In this document: piece by piece, positions 1 through 11,605 of the stretch
Numbering within the stretch: position 1 is the stretch's first letter
Layout of the letters: every line of letters begins with the position of its first letter
DNA from: Nitrososphaerales archaeon
GTDB taxonomy: Archaea > Thermoproteota > Nitrososphaeria > Nitrososphaerales > UBA213
DNA: 64,000 nucleotides
Direction of reading: 5' to 3'
NCBI GenBank assembly: GCA_965197925.1
Contig: CBDAOC010000020.1
Location: forward strand, 832,001-896,000
Made by a program: the position numbers and the translations under genes
The notes under the pieces: generated by a model
Database searches by the model: none
Told to the model about the DNA's origin: nothing
The model's input: the letters and a program-made list of their open reading frames with translations, nothing else

Positions 1-571
1 CACACAGGTCATTATTCCATCCTATGGTGAGGATCATGATAATTTTGCATTTGTGGGACCCATAGTAAGGGAGCTTAGCTCTAGTAGAGACGAATTGAGA
101 AAACAGTTTGGTTTTGATCGCAAAACTATATTGGTTACAATAGGTGGAACTGATGCTGGGCTGTTTCTAATAGATAAAGCAATAGAAGCTTTCAATGCAA
201 TAAATAAAAGGATAGACGCAGAAATGATAATTGCATCGGGACCTTCAGTGAATGTTGAACTATCAGGAATAAGAAATATTGGTTATGTTAAGAATTTACA
301 TGAAATGGTATCGGCCTGTGACCTTTTAATCTCTTTGGCAGGAAGATCAACCACTGACGAAGCAGAGGTTTATGGAACGCCTGGCATATTCATACCCATA
401 AAGTATCATTTTGAACAAGAAGATAACGCTAAACGACATGGTTATTCATTTGCCGATATATATAGACTGAAGGATCTAATCCCTCTGAAGCTGGATTCTT
501 CTCGGAAGAGGGTAAAAACCACTAATGGTTTGGCGAAAACCACGGCATTGGTATCCAAGCTCATGAAATAA
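1..571 (+). CDS. GT28/MurG-like glycosyltransferase, C-terminal part (5' partial)
   Basis: Frame is open from the window start; ILVTIGGTDAG, DLLISLAGRST, PGIFIP and EQEDNA motifs of the GT-B GT28 C-terminal domain. Confidence 0.75.
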   Translation, partial: TQVIIPSYGEDHDNFAFVGPIVRELSSSRDELRKQFGFDRKTILVTIGGTDAGLFLIDKAIEAFNAINKRIDAEMIIASGPSVNVELSGIRNIGYVKNLHEMVSACDLLISLAGRSTTDEAEVYGTPGIFIPIKYHFEQEDNAKRHGYSFADIYRLKDLIPLKLDSSRKRVKTTNGLAKTTALVSKLMK

Positions 572-630
572 TTGTTTTCAATCAAATACTTATTACGAAG
601 AAATGTTAGATAGCACAAAAGCGCAAAAAT

Positions 631-2046
631 ATGGAAATAGTAACTATAGCAAAATTCGGTGGAAGTGCGTTAGGTACGACAGGCTCCAATATACCGAAGG
701 TTGTGAAAAGAATAAAACAGATGATGAAAGAGGGTAAGGTTATTTCAGTATTTTCTGCTCCCTATGCAACATATAAAGATAAAACCCGTTCCCTTACAGA
801 TATTACACTAGAGATAGGCCAAAATTACGCAAATGTCAAACCCGTGGGGATTGAAATTTTAAAGGAAGTGTATCAAGAAATTGCATCAAGGTACATGGAT
901 GAAACTTGTAAAAAGGAATTTTTACCAATGCTTGATGATTTGTACGCTAATGTCATAACAACACTCAAACAAGCACTGGAATACAAAAGGTTTGTTGATG
1001 TAATAAGGGCAAAGGCACTGGCATACAGTGGGGAGGTTGCGATATCATGTACAATGAATTACGTTATGAGGAGTAGTGGAATCAAGTCTTCATTCGTTGA
1101 TCTGAACTCATGGCCTATAGTAACTGATGATAATTTCGAAGGTGCGAATTTCTTGCTTGAAGAATCTAGGATAGCCTCTAAGAATCTTCTAGATTTGATT
1201 AAGAATAATGAAGTTGTTTCCATCGGTGGTTTCATTGGAAAAACTACTGATGGTCTAGAAACCACATATGAGCGGGGAGGGACTGACAGAACAGCTGCGG
1301 ATCTTGCAATTTTGCTTTATGGAAATTATAAGTTAAAGGTTGATTTTGAAAAGGATAATCAAGTTTTAAGTGCGGATCCGAAGATTGTTGATTATGATCT
1401 TGAACATATAACAAGTCTTTCCTACAATGAGGCAAAACTTGCAGGAAGGTTTGGGATGAAAATACTTGATCCAATTGCTATAAAAGAAATAGAGGATAAT
1501 AATCTTGATATCCCATTGGTGATAACCAATATGCATTACCCTACCAATATTACCATAATAAGAAGGAATGCGCAAAGTTCGAATCAAAATCCGCTGAAGA
1601 TAGTAACAGGTAAGAAGAATTGCGCCGTGGTAAGGATGGAGTCCACATCTGCATCTTTTTTGCGTTTTGCGTTAAAGAAGGAAAAGATGTACGAAGATTT
1701 CATACAGTTGAGTCCTTACATAAAGGATCATAAAGAGATGTCTAGAATGCTGTTTCTAGACGCTGATTATGTGAGGAAAAACGAAAGGCATTTCAGAGCA
1801 TATGATAACAAAGTGGAAATTGTATTCGGAAAGGGTGTTGTGACGCTTATAGGTGATGAAATGTGGAAGGTACCAAAAATTGCGTCAATGGCAAGCAGTA
1901 CGATGGGTGATAATGATATCAATATTCTTAATATGGATGCGCAGGAAGAAACCTCGCGTATACTTTTGGTTGTAAATGACTATGGTGAAAACGTTGAAAA
2001 TGCTATTCGAGCTATACATTTGAAAAGAAAAGAGATAAAACTTTAG
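631..2046 (+). CDS. lysC: Aspartate kinase
   Basis: N-terminal KFGGS, ERGGTD, VLSADPKIV, LSYNEA and C-terminal ACT-like VTLIGDEM. Confidence 0.88.
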   Translation: MEIVTIAKFGGSALGTTGSNIPKVVKRIKQMMKEGKVISVFSAPYATYKDKTRSLTDITLEIGQNYANVKPVGIEILKEVYQEIASRYMDETCKKEFLPMLDDLYANVITTLKQALEYKRFVDVIRAKALAYSGEVAISCTMNYVMRSSGIKSSFVDLNSWPIVTDDNFEGANFLLEESRIASKNLLDLIKNNEVVSIGGFIGKTTDGLETTYERGGTDRTAADLAILLYGNYKLKVDFEKDNQVLSADPKIVDYDLEHITSLSYNEAKLAGRFGMKILDPIAIKEIEDNNLDIPLVITNMHYPTNITIIRRNAQSSNQNPLKIVTGKKNCAVVRMESTSASFLRFALKKEKMYEDFIQLSPYIKDHKEMSRMLFLDADYVRKNERHFRAYDNKVEIVFGKGVVTLIGDEMWKVPKIASMASSTMGDNDINILNMDAQEETSRILLVVNDYGENVENAIRAIHLKRKEIKL

Positions 2047-2089
2047 AAGTACTGTTACATTTATTTAAGAATCGATTTCTGATTGTTAT

Positions 2090-3001
2090 ATGCAAAAATC
2101 GTCTAAGATATGGATCAATGGAGGTTTGGTGGATTGGGATCAAGCAAAAATTCATGTGCTCACACATGGATTGCATTATGGTACCGGTGTCTTTGAAGGA
2201 ATCAGATGCTACCAAACAAATGAAGGTACCGTTATTTTCAGGATGCAGGAACATGTGAAGCGATTATTCGATAGTGCTAGGATATACATGATGAAAATGC
2301 CTTATGGATTTGATGATATATGCGATGCGATTATTCTTTTAGTCAAATCAAACAACATTCCAAATTGCTATGTTAGGCCAATAGCTTACTATGGGTATGG
2401 AAAGATGGGTGTCACCCCCTTGAATAGGGTAGATGTTGCAATTGCTTTGTGGAAGTGGGATGAATATTTGAAATCGAATTCAGCTAAGGGGCTAAAGTGT
2501 ATGATCTCTTCCTGGCGAAGGATAGATTCTAGAAGTATGCCAGTACAAGCAAAAGCAACTGCAAACTATGCTAACTCTGCTCTTGTCAGGATTGAAGCAC
2601 TGAAGAGTGGCTATGACGAGGGAATAATGTTGAATGTTGATGGTAAGGTCGCTGAGTCGAGTGCTGAAAATATATTCATAGTTAAGTGTGGTATTGTGAC
2701 AACGCCTCCTACAACCGCTGGGGCACTAGAAGGAATCACAAGGGATACAATTTTGGAGATTTCAAAGCAGAATAATATTCCAAATCAGGTCGCTAATATT
2801 ACTAGGGATGAACTTTATACAGCAGAAGAAATATTCCTAACAGGCACTGCTGCCGGAATCAAGCCTGTGATTGAAGTTGATAAAAGATTGATTGCTGATG
2901 GAGAAGCTGGTACGATAACGAAGGAATTGCGACGATTGTATGATGAATTGGTGATGGGTAGGGATAGACGGTTTACCAAATGGCTTACCCATGTAAAATA
3001 A
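2090..3001 (+). CDS. ilvE: Branched-chain amino acid aminotransferase (PLP class IV)
   Basis: LHYGTGVFEGIR, AKATANY (PLP lysine), LEGITR, EIFLTGTAA. Confidence 0.95.
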   Translation: MQKSSKIWINGGLVDWDQAKIHVLTHGLHYGTGVFEGIRCYQTNEGTVIFRMQEHVKRLFDSARIYMMKMPYGFDDICDAIILLVKSNNIPNCYVRPIAYYGYGKMGVTPLNRVDVAIALWKWDEYLKSNSAKGLKCMISSWRRIDSRSMPVQAKATANYANSALVRIEALKSGYDEGIMLNVDGKVAESSAENIFIVKCGIVTTPPTTAGALEGITRDTILEISKQNNIPNQVANITRDELYTAEEIFLTGTAAGIKPVIEVDKRLIADGEAGTITKELRRLYDELVMGRDRRFTKWLTHVK

Positions 3002-3089
3002 TATACTATTTATTTATCATAAGGTATTGATGTCTTAAACAGCTTTAATATAAGATTCTTCCACAAAAAGAGTTATATTCTAATCCCCT

Positions 3090-3869
3090 ATGAGAGTATT
3101 GATGAAACCAGCGCAATATGTTACAATAACACTGGTAATGATAGTTTTAGTTTCTGCAGTTGTTGTTTCGTATGATGCTGCCTTTGCGCAAAGAAAGAGC
3201 TCTGCGATAATTACGATAGATGAAGTACCTAAAAAGGTGAGACCTGGTCAGATGGTTCCTTTAACAGGTATGGTTATGACTGCTGGAGGAGAAAAAATAT
3301 CAAATGCACCGGTTAATATCGTTCTCCTTACATCTGATCCTAGGTTGATCGTAGTAGCTTCTGGAGTAACTGGGCTAGAGGGTACATATGAGATAGAATG
3401 GAATGTGAAATTAATTCCCCAAAAAAGGGTCCTTAACGATGTAACTCAGCAGATTGATACCCAAGTGGCATCATTATTTGCACAATTCGAAGGAAATGAC
3501 AACGCCTCCGCTTCAAAAACTGACAAGAGTACTGTTACTATAGATGTAAATTCTATAAAGACATTTGTCAACACCGATAAAAGGCAGTATAGAGAAGGTG
3601 AGGTAGCAACCGTGTTCTTAGGATTTGTTGATGAAGATGACGAATTCGTAGATCCAGATAGTATGAACGTGAACTTTAATATGAATTCAATTGCCTCGGA
3701 ACTGGAGAAGAAGAAGGTGGGATCGTACACATATTTAACACTTGCCCTCCAAAGTGGACATAACCAGATAACGGTTGTGCCTATGAAAGCCGGCTACAAT
3801 ATGCAAGCAGAGGCGGTAACTATTACAGTTCTCCCAGCAACTACTTCTGGTAGTTTTGGATTCGAGTAA
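3090..3869 (+). CDS. Secreted two-domain Ig-like protein, paralog 1
   Basis: Signal peptide; shares ASGVTG, AQFEG, DEFVDPDS and EKKKxGSY with ORFs at 5328 and 6297. Confidence 0.75.
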   Translation: MRVLMKPAQYVTITLVMIVLVSAVVVSYDAAFAQRKSSAIITIDEVPKKVRPGQMVPLTGMVMTAGGEKISNAPVNIVLLTSDPRLIVVASGVTGLEGTYEIEWNVKLIPQKRVLNDVTQQIDTQVASLFAQFEGNDNASASKTDKSTVTIDVNSIKTFVNTDKRQYREGEVATVFLGFVDEDDEFVDPDSMNVNFNMNSIASELEKKKVGSYTYLTLALQSGHNQITVVPMKAGYNMQAEAVTITVLPATTSGSFGFE

Positions 3870-4245
3870 ATCATCATACCAACGATAAGAATATGTGGTT
3901 ATTTGAATTCATTTTCCTGTAATTTTTTATTTAAAAAGCTAAATCAGTATAGCAGAATATCGTTGATGAATCCTTGAAAGTTAGGATATTTTAGGGATTC
4001 CTTGGCCAAAAAAGTCTACATGTTAACTTAGAATTGGGTTGTACCAATCTTAATTCTTCACATGGAATTCAGCATGATTCACTGTAGGTTACTGAATCTT
4101 TGTAACGGTACCGATTACCAGATCAAAGCAGAAGTAAATATGATGAAGATTATTGGATGTGTTATATTCAAGTTCAGATTAAATATTTTGGAATTGAATA
4201 ATAATCAAATAAATTAGTATTTTAACCGTGGATTCAAGTCGAATA

Positions 4246-4287
4246 ATGTAAGATTACCAAAGAATTATGTAAGATTACCAAAGAATT
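4246..4287. repeat. 21-bp tandem duplication
   Basis: ATGTAAGATTACCAAAGAATT x2. Confidence 0.9.
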
Positions 4288-4814
4288 TATTCTCCTATTG
4301 AAACTACAAATAGTTAAAAAAATAATTGTTGGTTTTTCCCCTCTTATCAACACTTGAAAAAACCATAATTTTCTATAAAGTGTACATAACAAAATATAGT
4401 ATATTCAATTGCTAGTGAATTCAATTCACATTAAGCATCAGATCAAAATTTGAGATCATTTACAACGGATATTATGACGTAATTTAATTTGTAATTCAGG
4501 ACTTGTTCATCCACAAGAGTAGATGTAGAATTATTGGACTAGATTGTAGCTTCTAACTCTGCTGAATAGGAAATAAAAATGGTGGGCTTAATATGTTAAT
4601 TGAGGTAGCTTTTCCTGTTTTGTTCTTAATACTAGTATCACTGCCATAGATACAGCTGTGATTACTAGTGGATACATTATCTCTCCTGAGCCAGTGACCA
4701 TGCCATGCCAAGCCCGACATGACAATGAGCGTGCCATCGATATACTTCTTCAGCTTTGATACATACTCATTCATGTTTGTATGTACTATTACCACGAGTT
4801 TTGATAAGGGACTC

Positions 4815-5126
4815 GTACTATATCTAGATGTAGAAAGATCCTCAGGTAGTATGCTTCATGCAGCCATTCCACAAACCTCCTGTAGCTCTTCCCTTCATGC
4901 TGCCTTAATACCAGAAGGATTGTATGCTGCCATACAGTGTAGATATGATTGCTCTTCTTGTGTATGTACAGGGGTATCCTGACCTTTATCAAAACATTGA
5001 GCATGGTTCTAGCAAGTTTGACATACCTTGACTCTTTCATGCATAGGCAGGAGTTATATGTGATACATTGATCTCATGGTGTAATTCCGTGCACAACAGG
5101 CTAAAATCTATGGTTTCTACACAGCC
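4815..5126 (-). mobile_element. Truncated 5' fragment of the IS at 61999-62959
   Basis: Same left end GGCTGTGTAGAAACCA and near-identical transposase N-terminus MKESRYVKLARTML; breaks off after HLDIV. Confidence 0.9.
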
Positions 5127-5327
5127 CGTGGGTTTATGGCATTTATATATTCCCTACACAATTATTCTGGGATTCCATGGCTATTGAGCATCTGATGAAC
5201 AATCCGTCTCAATCGTGATCTACACAATGAGGGAAAAAAGAAGATTACTTCCGAATTAGAATCGTTTATGATATATAAGTTAAAACTCGAGATATAATAA
5301 AGGTTATATTCTTGAGTTATCATACGA

Positions 5328-6140
5328 TTGGTCATGCAGTGGGCAATGATGGGTGCGTTAATAATGGGTATCGTTTTAATGCTCTCTATAACAAATGTAA
5401 ACTATATGTTTGCGCAGCAAAGTGGTGAACAGATTGGAGATTCACACTTTGAGAGGAAAACAAAATCAACGGCTTCATTGGCATTCAACATGAGTGGATG
5501 CAATAACGAAATGACATGTGGTGCTGATTACTTGGTGGGTGAAACTGTAGATATTAGTGGTACGCTGGAAAGTGCTAATGGAAGACCGATAACAAATGCA
5601 GAAATAACTATCCTACAACTGCTCCCGAAACCGGAGTTAGTACCTATAGCATCTGGAATAACAGGTATTGATGGTGAATATTCTCTGTCATGGGAAGTGA
5701 TGTTTACACCAATAGAAAGGGCTCATACTGACATAAATCAGAAGTACCAAGTGGAGACAATAGTGTTGTATGCTCAGTATGATGGGGATGAGACTTATCA
5801 AAAACAAATGTCAAACAAACTAACTGCTACTGTGAATGCAAACAAGATTTCGACTTTGATAAATGCAGAGAAACGGGTGTATGCTCCTGGTCAAGGAGCA
5901 CTACTGTTCTTGGGTTTCATAGATAAAAATGACGAGTTCGTGGATCCAGATAGTATAACGGTAATGTATGATGGTGAAGAATTAGAAGTGGAGAAGAAGA
6001 AGACGGGTTCATATACCGTGATGACGCCTACCCTTACAATGGATCATCACCAGGTAATCGTAATGCCTCAAAAACATGGCTATAATCTTGAAAACGGGTT
6101 CCTGACTATCCAGGTATCTGGATTCTTTGGCAAAGTATAG
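5328..6140 (+). CDS. Secreted two-domain Ig-like protein, paralog 2
   Basis: Signal peptide, SGCNNEMTCG cysteine pair, motifs shared with 3090 and 6297 ORFs. Confidence 0.75.
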   Translation: MVMQWAMMGALIMGIVLMLSITNVNYMFAQQSGEQIGDSHFERKTKSTASLAFNMSGCNNEMTCGADYLVGETVDISGTLESANGRPITNAEITILQLLPKPELVPIASGITGIDGEYSLSWEVMFTPIERAHTDINQKYQVETIVLYAQYDGDETYQKQMSNKLTATVNANKISTLINAEKRVYAPGQGALLFLGFIDKNDEFVDPDSITVMYDGEELEVEKKKTGSYTVMTPTLTMDHHQVIVMPQKHGYNLENGFLTIQVSGFFGKV

Positions 6141-6296
6141 AATAGAGAGCGCAAATGTGAGGTAGTGATATCCTCACTAGAGTAGTAATTATTATTATTT
6201 AGTTGAAATGGGATGATGAAAATCCTGACCTAATGGGAGTATATTCAACCACCCAAACAAAAGATATATTATTACCTACATTCGATTAAAGTTGGA

Positions 6297-7049
6297 TTGA
6301 TGAGGTTAGCTGTAGTACCAATGGGTTTAATGCTGGTAATATCGATTGTAGCAATTTCAGATACGTCCTTTGCCGCAAGACAAGAGTCAACTAATCTGGA
6401 ATTCGAGATGAGCGGATGCAAAAATACTATGACTTGTGGTGCCGAGTTGTTTGTGGGCGATGTAGTTGAGTTTAGAGGATTGGTAACAACTAGAAGTGGT
6501 AATCCAATATCGGGTGCAGAAGTAACAGTATACAAGTTTGTACCAACACCAGAGCTGATTCCGATAGCATCTGGTGTAACAGGAATAGATGGCGATCTTG
6601 AGCTAACATGGACGGTTGCTTTCACGCCAAAGAATAGAGCCCCAAATGATGTAACTAGTCAAATTCGTTCAGAGACAGTGAAAATATATGCACAATTTGA
6701 AGGTGATGATAATTACGCTGCTTCTAGGTCGTCTATGAATATAGGTACCATAAATATCAACGAATTGATAACTGTCATTAATTCTGACCAAAATCTGTAT
6801 AGACAGGGAGAATCTGCACTTGTCTTCATTGCCTTCGTAGATAGTAATGACGAATTTGTTGACCCTGATTCTTTGCGAGTTGTATTAAACGACAGGGAGA
6901 TTGAAGTAGAGAAGAAGAAAACGGGTTCATATACGGTGACTGTGCCTGCTCTACCAAAAGAACACACGCAACTGTTGGTGGTACCGACGAAGGAAGGATA
7001 CAACGTCAACAACGGATTTTTGACAATCATCGTAGATGGATTGAAGTAA
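6297..7049 (+). CDS. Secreted two-domain Ig-like protein, paralog 3
   Basis: Signal peptide, SGCKNTMTCG, motifs shared with 3090 and 5328 ORFs. Confidence 0.75.
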   Translation: MMRLAVVPMGLMLVISIVAISDTSFAARQESTNLEFEMSGCKNTMTCGAELFVGDVVEFRGLVTTRSGNPISGAEVTVYKFVPTPELIPIASGVTGIDGDLELTWTVAFTPKNRAPNDVTSQIRSETVKIYAQFEGDDNYAASRSSMNIGTININELITVINSDQNLYRQGESALVFIAFVDSNDEFVDPDSLRVVLNDREIEVEKKKTGSYTVTVPALPKEHTQLLVVPTKEGYNVNNGFLTIIVDGLK

Positions 7050-7166
7050 CAAAACCCCTCATTTTTGTTCTATATGTACTATATACAATATACATGTACA
7101 ATATTCGACTTCGCTGAGATTTTTAGAGTAACAATTTTAAAACCAAGTACATTGTTAAAAGTTACT

Positions 7167-8171
7167 ATGCGTATTCTGAGTGCAATTGTATTACTAGTTA
7201 TAATGTTAGCTCCAAATGTGTTATTAAACATCAATGCCCAGGGAGAAGAAAAAGTCGAAATAGTAGAAGGTTCAAAGAATATAGAAAACGGTAAATTTTA
7301 CACACCAAAGAAAATTACTATACCTGTAGGTACAAGTGTAATCTGGAATAACTCTGATGATGAGGCTCATACAGTCACCGATGGAACCGCCCAATCGATG
7401 TGGGGTAAAGTATTTGATTCTGGAATAATGCGGCTGGATGACGTTTATGAATTTACTTTTAATCAGACAGGAACATATCCCTACCTATGTGCTCTGCACC
7501 CATGGATGATAGGAAGTGTTACAGTATTAGGTGAGGGAGGGGAAGTACCGGTCGAATTATATGTCAAGTCAGAAAGAGCGTTATATCAAGTAGGTGATAA
7601 TGTAGATATAGAAGGAAGTGTAAGCACCATCATACCTGATATACCCCTGTTGATAGAGGTTTTGAATCCGAATGATGAAAATCTTGTAAAAGAGTCCCTA
7701 ACGATTGATAATGATGGTAACTTTATTTACAATCTTAAACTTTCAGACAAAAGCATTAGCCTTGGGTCATATACTGTGAAAGTCACCTACTCTGATGCAA
7801 GTGCTGAGGGTTTCTTTGTTGTTGAAGTTGCTGGTGAAAGTGCTGATGCACGGGTGGTTTCAAAACAGATAAGAAATATACTCCTTGTGCGGGTTAGAAA
7901 TGCTGAAAGCAGTGCCGCAAGTATTTATGGTGTGGCTATAGAGACTTCAGATTCGGTCATTCAAGCCTTTAAAGGACCACGAAGTTGGAACAATGTTGAT
8001 ATGACCTCGAGTGTAGGCAGCGCCTCCGTAGGTGAAGAACCTTTGATTCCAGGAGAAAAGGCTTTATTCAAACTTAAGGTCGCCAACGATAACTTTACAA
8101 TCAAGTGGACTGTTTACGATGCGAGCCAAGATGTGCTAGACCAGGGTGAAGCTAAACCAGTAAGAAGATGA
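7167..8171 (+). CDS. Secreted plastocyanin-like cupredoxin multidomain protein
   Basis: Signal peptide from ATG 7167; WNNSDDEAHTVT and GTYPYLCALHPWM type-1 copper ligands. Confidence 0.85.
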   Translation: MRILSAIVLLVIMLAPNVLLNINAQGEEKVEIVEGSKNIENGKFYTPKKITIPVGTSVIWNNSDDEAHTVTDGTAQSMWGKVFDSGIMRLDDVYEFTFNQTGTYPYLCALHPWMIGSVTVLGEGGEVPVELYVKSERALYQVGDNVDIEGSVSTIIPDIPLLIEVLNPNDENLVKESLTIDNDGNFIYNLKLSDKSISLGSYTVKVTYSDASAEGFFVVEVAGESADARVVSKQIRNILLVRVRNAESSAASIYGVAIETSDSVIQAFKGPRSWNNVDMTSSVGSASVGEEPLIPGEKALFKLKVANDNFTIKWTVYDASQDVLDQGEAKPVRR

Positions 8172-8181
8172 TCGTGAATTT

Positions 8182-8373
8182 TTACTTTTTATAAGAATGA
8201 TAGAGCCTAGCATGGCTCTTTAATTCTTGGCCACCTGTAAAGGTCAAATTGCATCTAGTACATTCATACAAGCTGTCCTTACCATGTACTACCTGCTGAT
8301 GCTGCATCAGCTTCTCAACTTGACCAAAACCTCTCTTACATAATTCACATTTATGCTTCCTCGTGAGCCACAC
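8182..8373 (-). CDS. Tandem C2H2 zinc-finger protein
   Basis: Two CxxC-x12-HxxxxH fingers (CELC..HQQVVH; CTRC..HARLYH). Confidence 0.8.
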   Translation of the reverse strand: MWLTRKHKCELCKRGFGQVEKLMQHQQVVHGKDSLYECTRCNLTFTGGQELKSHARLYHSYKK

Positions 8374-9061
8374 TTCCTACATATCGTTTTTATCAATATA
8401 AAAAATAGTATTCTGATTCATATCCTCAACCAAAGTCAAGGTCTCCCAATTCCCATCCGTTGTAACGATCTACTCGGCTACGCAACTCCCACTGCATCTG
8501 GCCTTGCGTGAATCTTCAAATGAGCATCTAGTTATTGCTGATTCTTGAATAGTTGACTAGGAATTTGAACCCCGCCTCGGACTTACCTAGGTCAAAATGC
8601 TCTAGAATATAGTAAAATTGTAGATTCTATATTGGCTGATTTGATCATTAGTGAATAAGCTAATATGATCCTCTGGCTTTTGAATCAATTCCCCATTCCA
8701 CTTTTTTCATAAATAAATTCATCAAGCGCATGAACAAAGAACAAAATAATTGAAATTTCCGATCGTATTCATCTCATATCATCAATTATTCAATAAAATA
8801 CTTGGAATATAGTATTATTAATGAATGTGTACTCGGATTGGTACCTTTTAGAATTATTCGTATCGTTATCCTATACTCTAAAGATAGTCGGAATTCGACA
8901 GAAAATGGTTGAATTCAATTGTCATCAACCCAATTTCTCAATAATTCAAACCCAGTGGAAACCTAGTCGCTGTGGAATGTAATTTACATCAACTATGTTA
9001 GAGCTGATCTCAGGGAGTTAATACGAGATCTACATGTGAAATAGAATTGTGTCAGTAAGCC

Positions 9062-9364
9062 ATGGTACAAGCAAATGCCCAAAAGATCATTATAGGATAT
9101 ACATATCAATCAAAAATGAGCAATAAAGATGAAACTATATTTGTTGAGCAAGCTGCAAAAGTTTATGGAAAAATGAGCTTGCTTGAGCTATTGTCTGAAG
9201 AGAATATGTTGCAAAGGTATAGGCATAGATATAAAGAGAGAATTATGAGTAAATTACATTTTATTCTGGAACAAGAAATTAGTCTGAAATTCAAGTTGTT
9301 CAATGGAATGCTGAAGGTTAGATTGGTATTGGAATCTAATCGAGAATGTCCATTTGCTATGTGA
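9062..9364 (+). CDS. Hypothetical protein
   Basis: 100-aa ORF, no recognised motif. Confidence 0.35.
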   Translation: MVQANAQKIIIGYTYQSKMSNKDETIFVEQAAKVYGKMSLLELLSEENMLQRYRHRYKERIMSKLHFILEQEISLKFKLFNGMLKVRLVLESNRECPFAM

Positions 9365-9515
9365 CCTCACAAGAATTGTGATAGCTCATAGCCAATTCCT
9401 AACCTAGTATTTTCTTACAGACACTTAGTCCGTCTCACATATACACTATTTCTGATTCACAGCATCTCAATGACAATTCACTTGTGAGGAATGCGTCATC
9501 AATGACTAGATATTA

Positions 9516-11567
9516 TTAATTGTTCAAGTTCTCCTTGATATCTTCTAACAAATGAAGGGGTAAAGAACATGTAAAATTCTTGCATACATACGCAGTGTAG
9601 GGTTTTTCTTTTATAGAATTCCTACCCTTGAAGAATGGTATGTCATGCAACCTAGCAATATTTTCAGAATCCACTATTGCAAATATACCTTCAGGAATAA
9701 ACTGCCTGTTGATCCAATTGATCGCATCATTGGCTCGTGAATCATTTTTTATTAAAGTAACTTCAGTCGGTTGTTTCACATAAGTAAATACCGTGTTAAG
9801 AAGCTGCCCAAATGCAAAAGGATTTTCGGCAGCCGAGCCAGCGTGAATATTCATTATCTTTTCCGCCTTCTTGAGATATTCCAGATCCTGAGTATAGTGA
9901 TAAAGGCGCAATAGGGCAAGTGCAGACATTGAATTCCCTGATGGAATAGATAAATCATAAACACTCTTTGTTCTTACTATGAGTTTCTCGTGATTATCAG
10001 ACGTAAAGAAAAAGTCTCCATGGTCTACATCCCAGAAGTGCTTGATCATGTGATCTGTATGAGCCAAGGCCTTATGAAGATACTCGGGTCTTGAATCTGC
10101 TTCGAAAAGATCAAGCAATCCATTTATATAAAAAGCATAGTCGTCAAGATAACCATCGAGCTTCGCCTGACCATCCTTGAATGTGTGTCTTAATACATCC
10201 CCATCCGTAAGTCTTGTTTCGATGAATCCTACAGCTTTCGTTGCAGCCTTGAGAAATGTTTGGTTATCAGTTACCCTATAACCCCTTGCAAATGCACTAA
10301 TCATTAGTCCGTTCCAGCTAGTTAATACCTTCTCATCCCTACCTGGTTTTATGCGTTCCTCTCTAACCCTCAAGAGATTTTCCCTTTCGTCAGAAATTAT
10401 TCGTTCGATTTCATTCTTGGGCTTGAATAGCTTCTTCGCAAGTGTTTCCATTGATGCACTTTTATGTAAAATGTTACGTCCTTCAAAGTTGCCCCCCTCC
10501 GTTATTCCATAATGCATACAAAAAATCTCGGCATCGGCACCAAGTGTTCTTATGATTTCGTTTTTCTTCCAAGTATAATATTTTCCTTCAATTCCCTCGG
10601 AATCTGCATCTTGTGCTGAATAGAATCCACCATCTAAATTTGTCATTTCGCGTAGAACATAATCCAAGGTGGTGCTTGCTATATCTCTGTATTTTCCCTC
10701 ACCAGTAACCTGGAACGCCTCCACATATACCATTGATATCAATGCATTATCATAGAGCATCTTCTCAAAGTGTGGTGCAAACCATTGGGAATCTGTTGAA
10801 TATCTGTGAAATCCCCCACCGACATGATCATGGATTCCACCAGCAGCCATTCTATCCAGTGTTAACAAAACAAAGTTCCTAAAATTACCTAACTTTGAGA
10901 TATAATAATAGCGTAACAGGAAGGAAAGATTGGATGCATTCGGGAACTTTGGTGCTGCTCCGAATCCACCATAAATGGGATCGCTGCTCTGGAGAAGATT
11001 TATTGCAGCCTCATCCAAAAGTGTTCTTTTAAGTTCTGTCGGAGGTGCCATGAATTCTGTCGTTTGGGCAAGTCCTTCCAATAAGATCTTCGCCTGTCGA
11101 TCAATGGATTCATGATCATTTCTGTATGCATGTGAAAGTTGTCGAAGCAATGACGGAAACCCCGGAGTTCCATATCGACTGTCGGGGGGAAAATATGTTC
11201 CAACAAAAAATGGTTTTTGCTCGGGAGTCAAGAAAACGCTTAGAGGCCAACCGCCAGATCCAGTCATTATCTGACAAACCTTCTGATAAATATCGTCGAG
11301 ATCTGGACGTTCCTCCCTATCCACCTTTATATTCACAAAACTTTCGTTCATAATTCTGGCTATCTCTTCATTTTCAAAGTCTTCATGAGCCATTACATGG
11401 CACCAATGACAAGCGCTATAACCTATACTGAGAAAGATCGGTTTATCTTCGCTCTTCGCCCTTTCAAGTGCTTCAGTTCCCCAGGGGTACCAAGCAACAG
11501 GATTGTATGCATGCTGTAAAAGATACGGACTTGTTTCATTGATTAACCTGTTTGTTTTTTTACTCAT
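9516..11567 (-). CDS. YyaL/SSP411 thioredoxin-domain protein
   Basis: [49 protein letters not shown]. Confidence 0.95.
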   Translation of the reverse strand: MSKKTNRLINETSPYLLQHAYNPVAWYPWGTEALERAKSEDKPIFLSIGYSACHWCHVMAHEDFENEEIARIMNESFVNIKVDREERPDLDDIYQKVCQIMTGSGGWPLSVFLTPEQKPFFVGTYFPPDSRYGTPGFPSLLRQLSHAYRNDHESIDRQAKILLEGLAQTTEFMAPPTELKRTLLDEAAINLLQSSDPIYGGFGAAPKFPNASNLSFLLRYYYISKLGNFRNFVLLTLDRMAAGGIHDHVGGGFHRYSTDSQWFAPHFEKMLYDNALISMVYVEAFQVTGEGKYRDIASTTLDYVLREMTNLDGGFYSAQDADSEGIEGKYYTWKKNEIIRTLGADAEIFCMHYGITEGGNFEGRNILHKSASMETLAKKLFKPKNEIERIISDERENLLRVREERIKPGRDEKVLTSWNGLMISAFARGYRVTDNQTFLKAATKAVGFIETRLTDGDVLRHTFKDGQAKLDGYLDDYAFYINGLLDLFEADSRPEYLHKALAHTDHMIKHFWDVDHGDFFFTSDNHEKLIVRTKSVYDLSIPSGNSMSALALLRLYHYTQDLEYLKKAEKIMNIHAGSAAENPFAFGQLLNTVFTYVKQPTEVTLIKNDSRANDAINWINRQFIPEGIFAIVDSENIARLHDIPFFKGRNSIKEKPYTAYVCKNFTCSLPLHLLEDIKENLNN

Positions 11568-11605
11568 GTGAAATTTTCATCAGAATGTTATTTTTAGCTT
11601 TGGAT

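Noticed and set aside
4553..4795. 80-aa ORF
   Set aside because: Appears to be a frameshifted remnant of a small membrane protein next to a truncated IS; not enough support to call.
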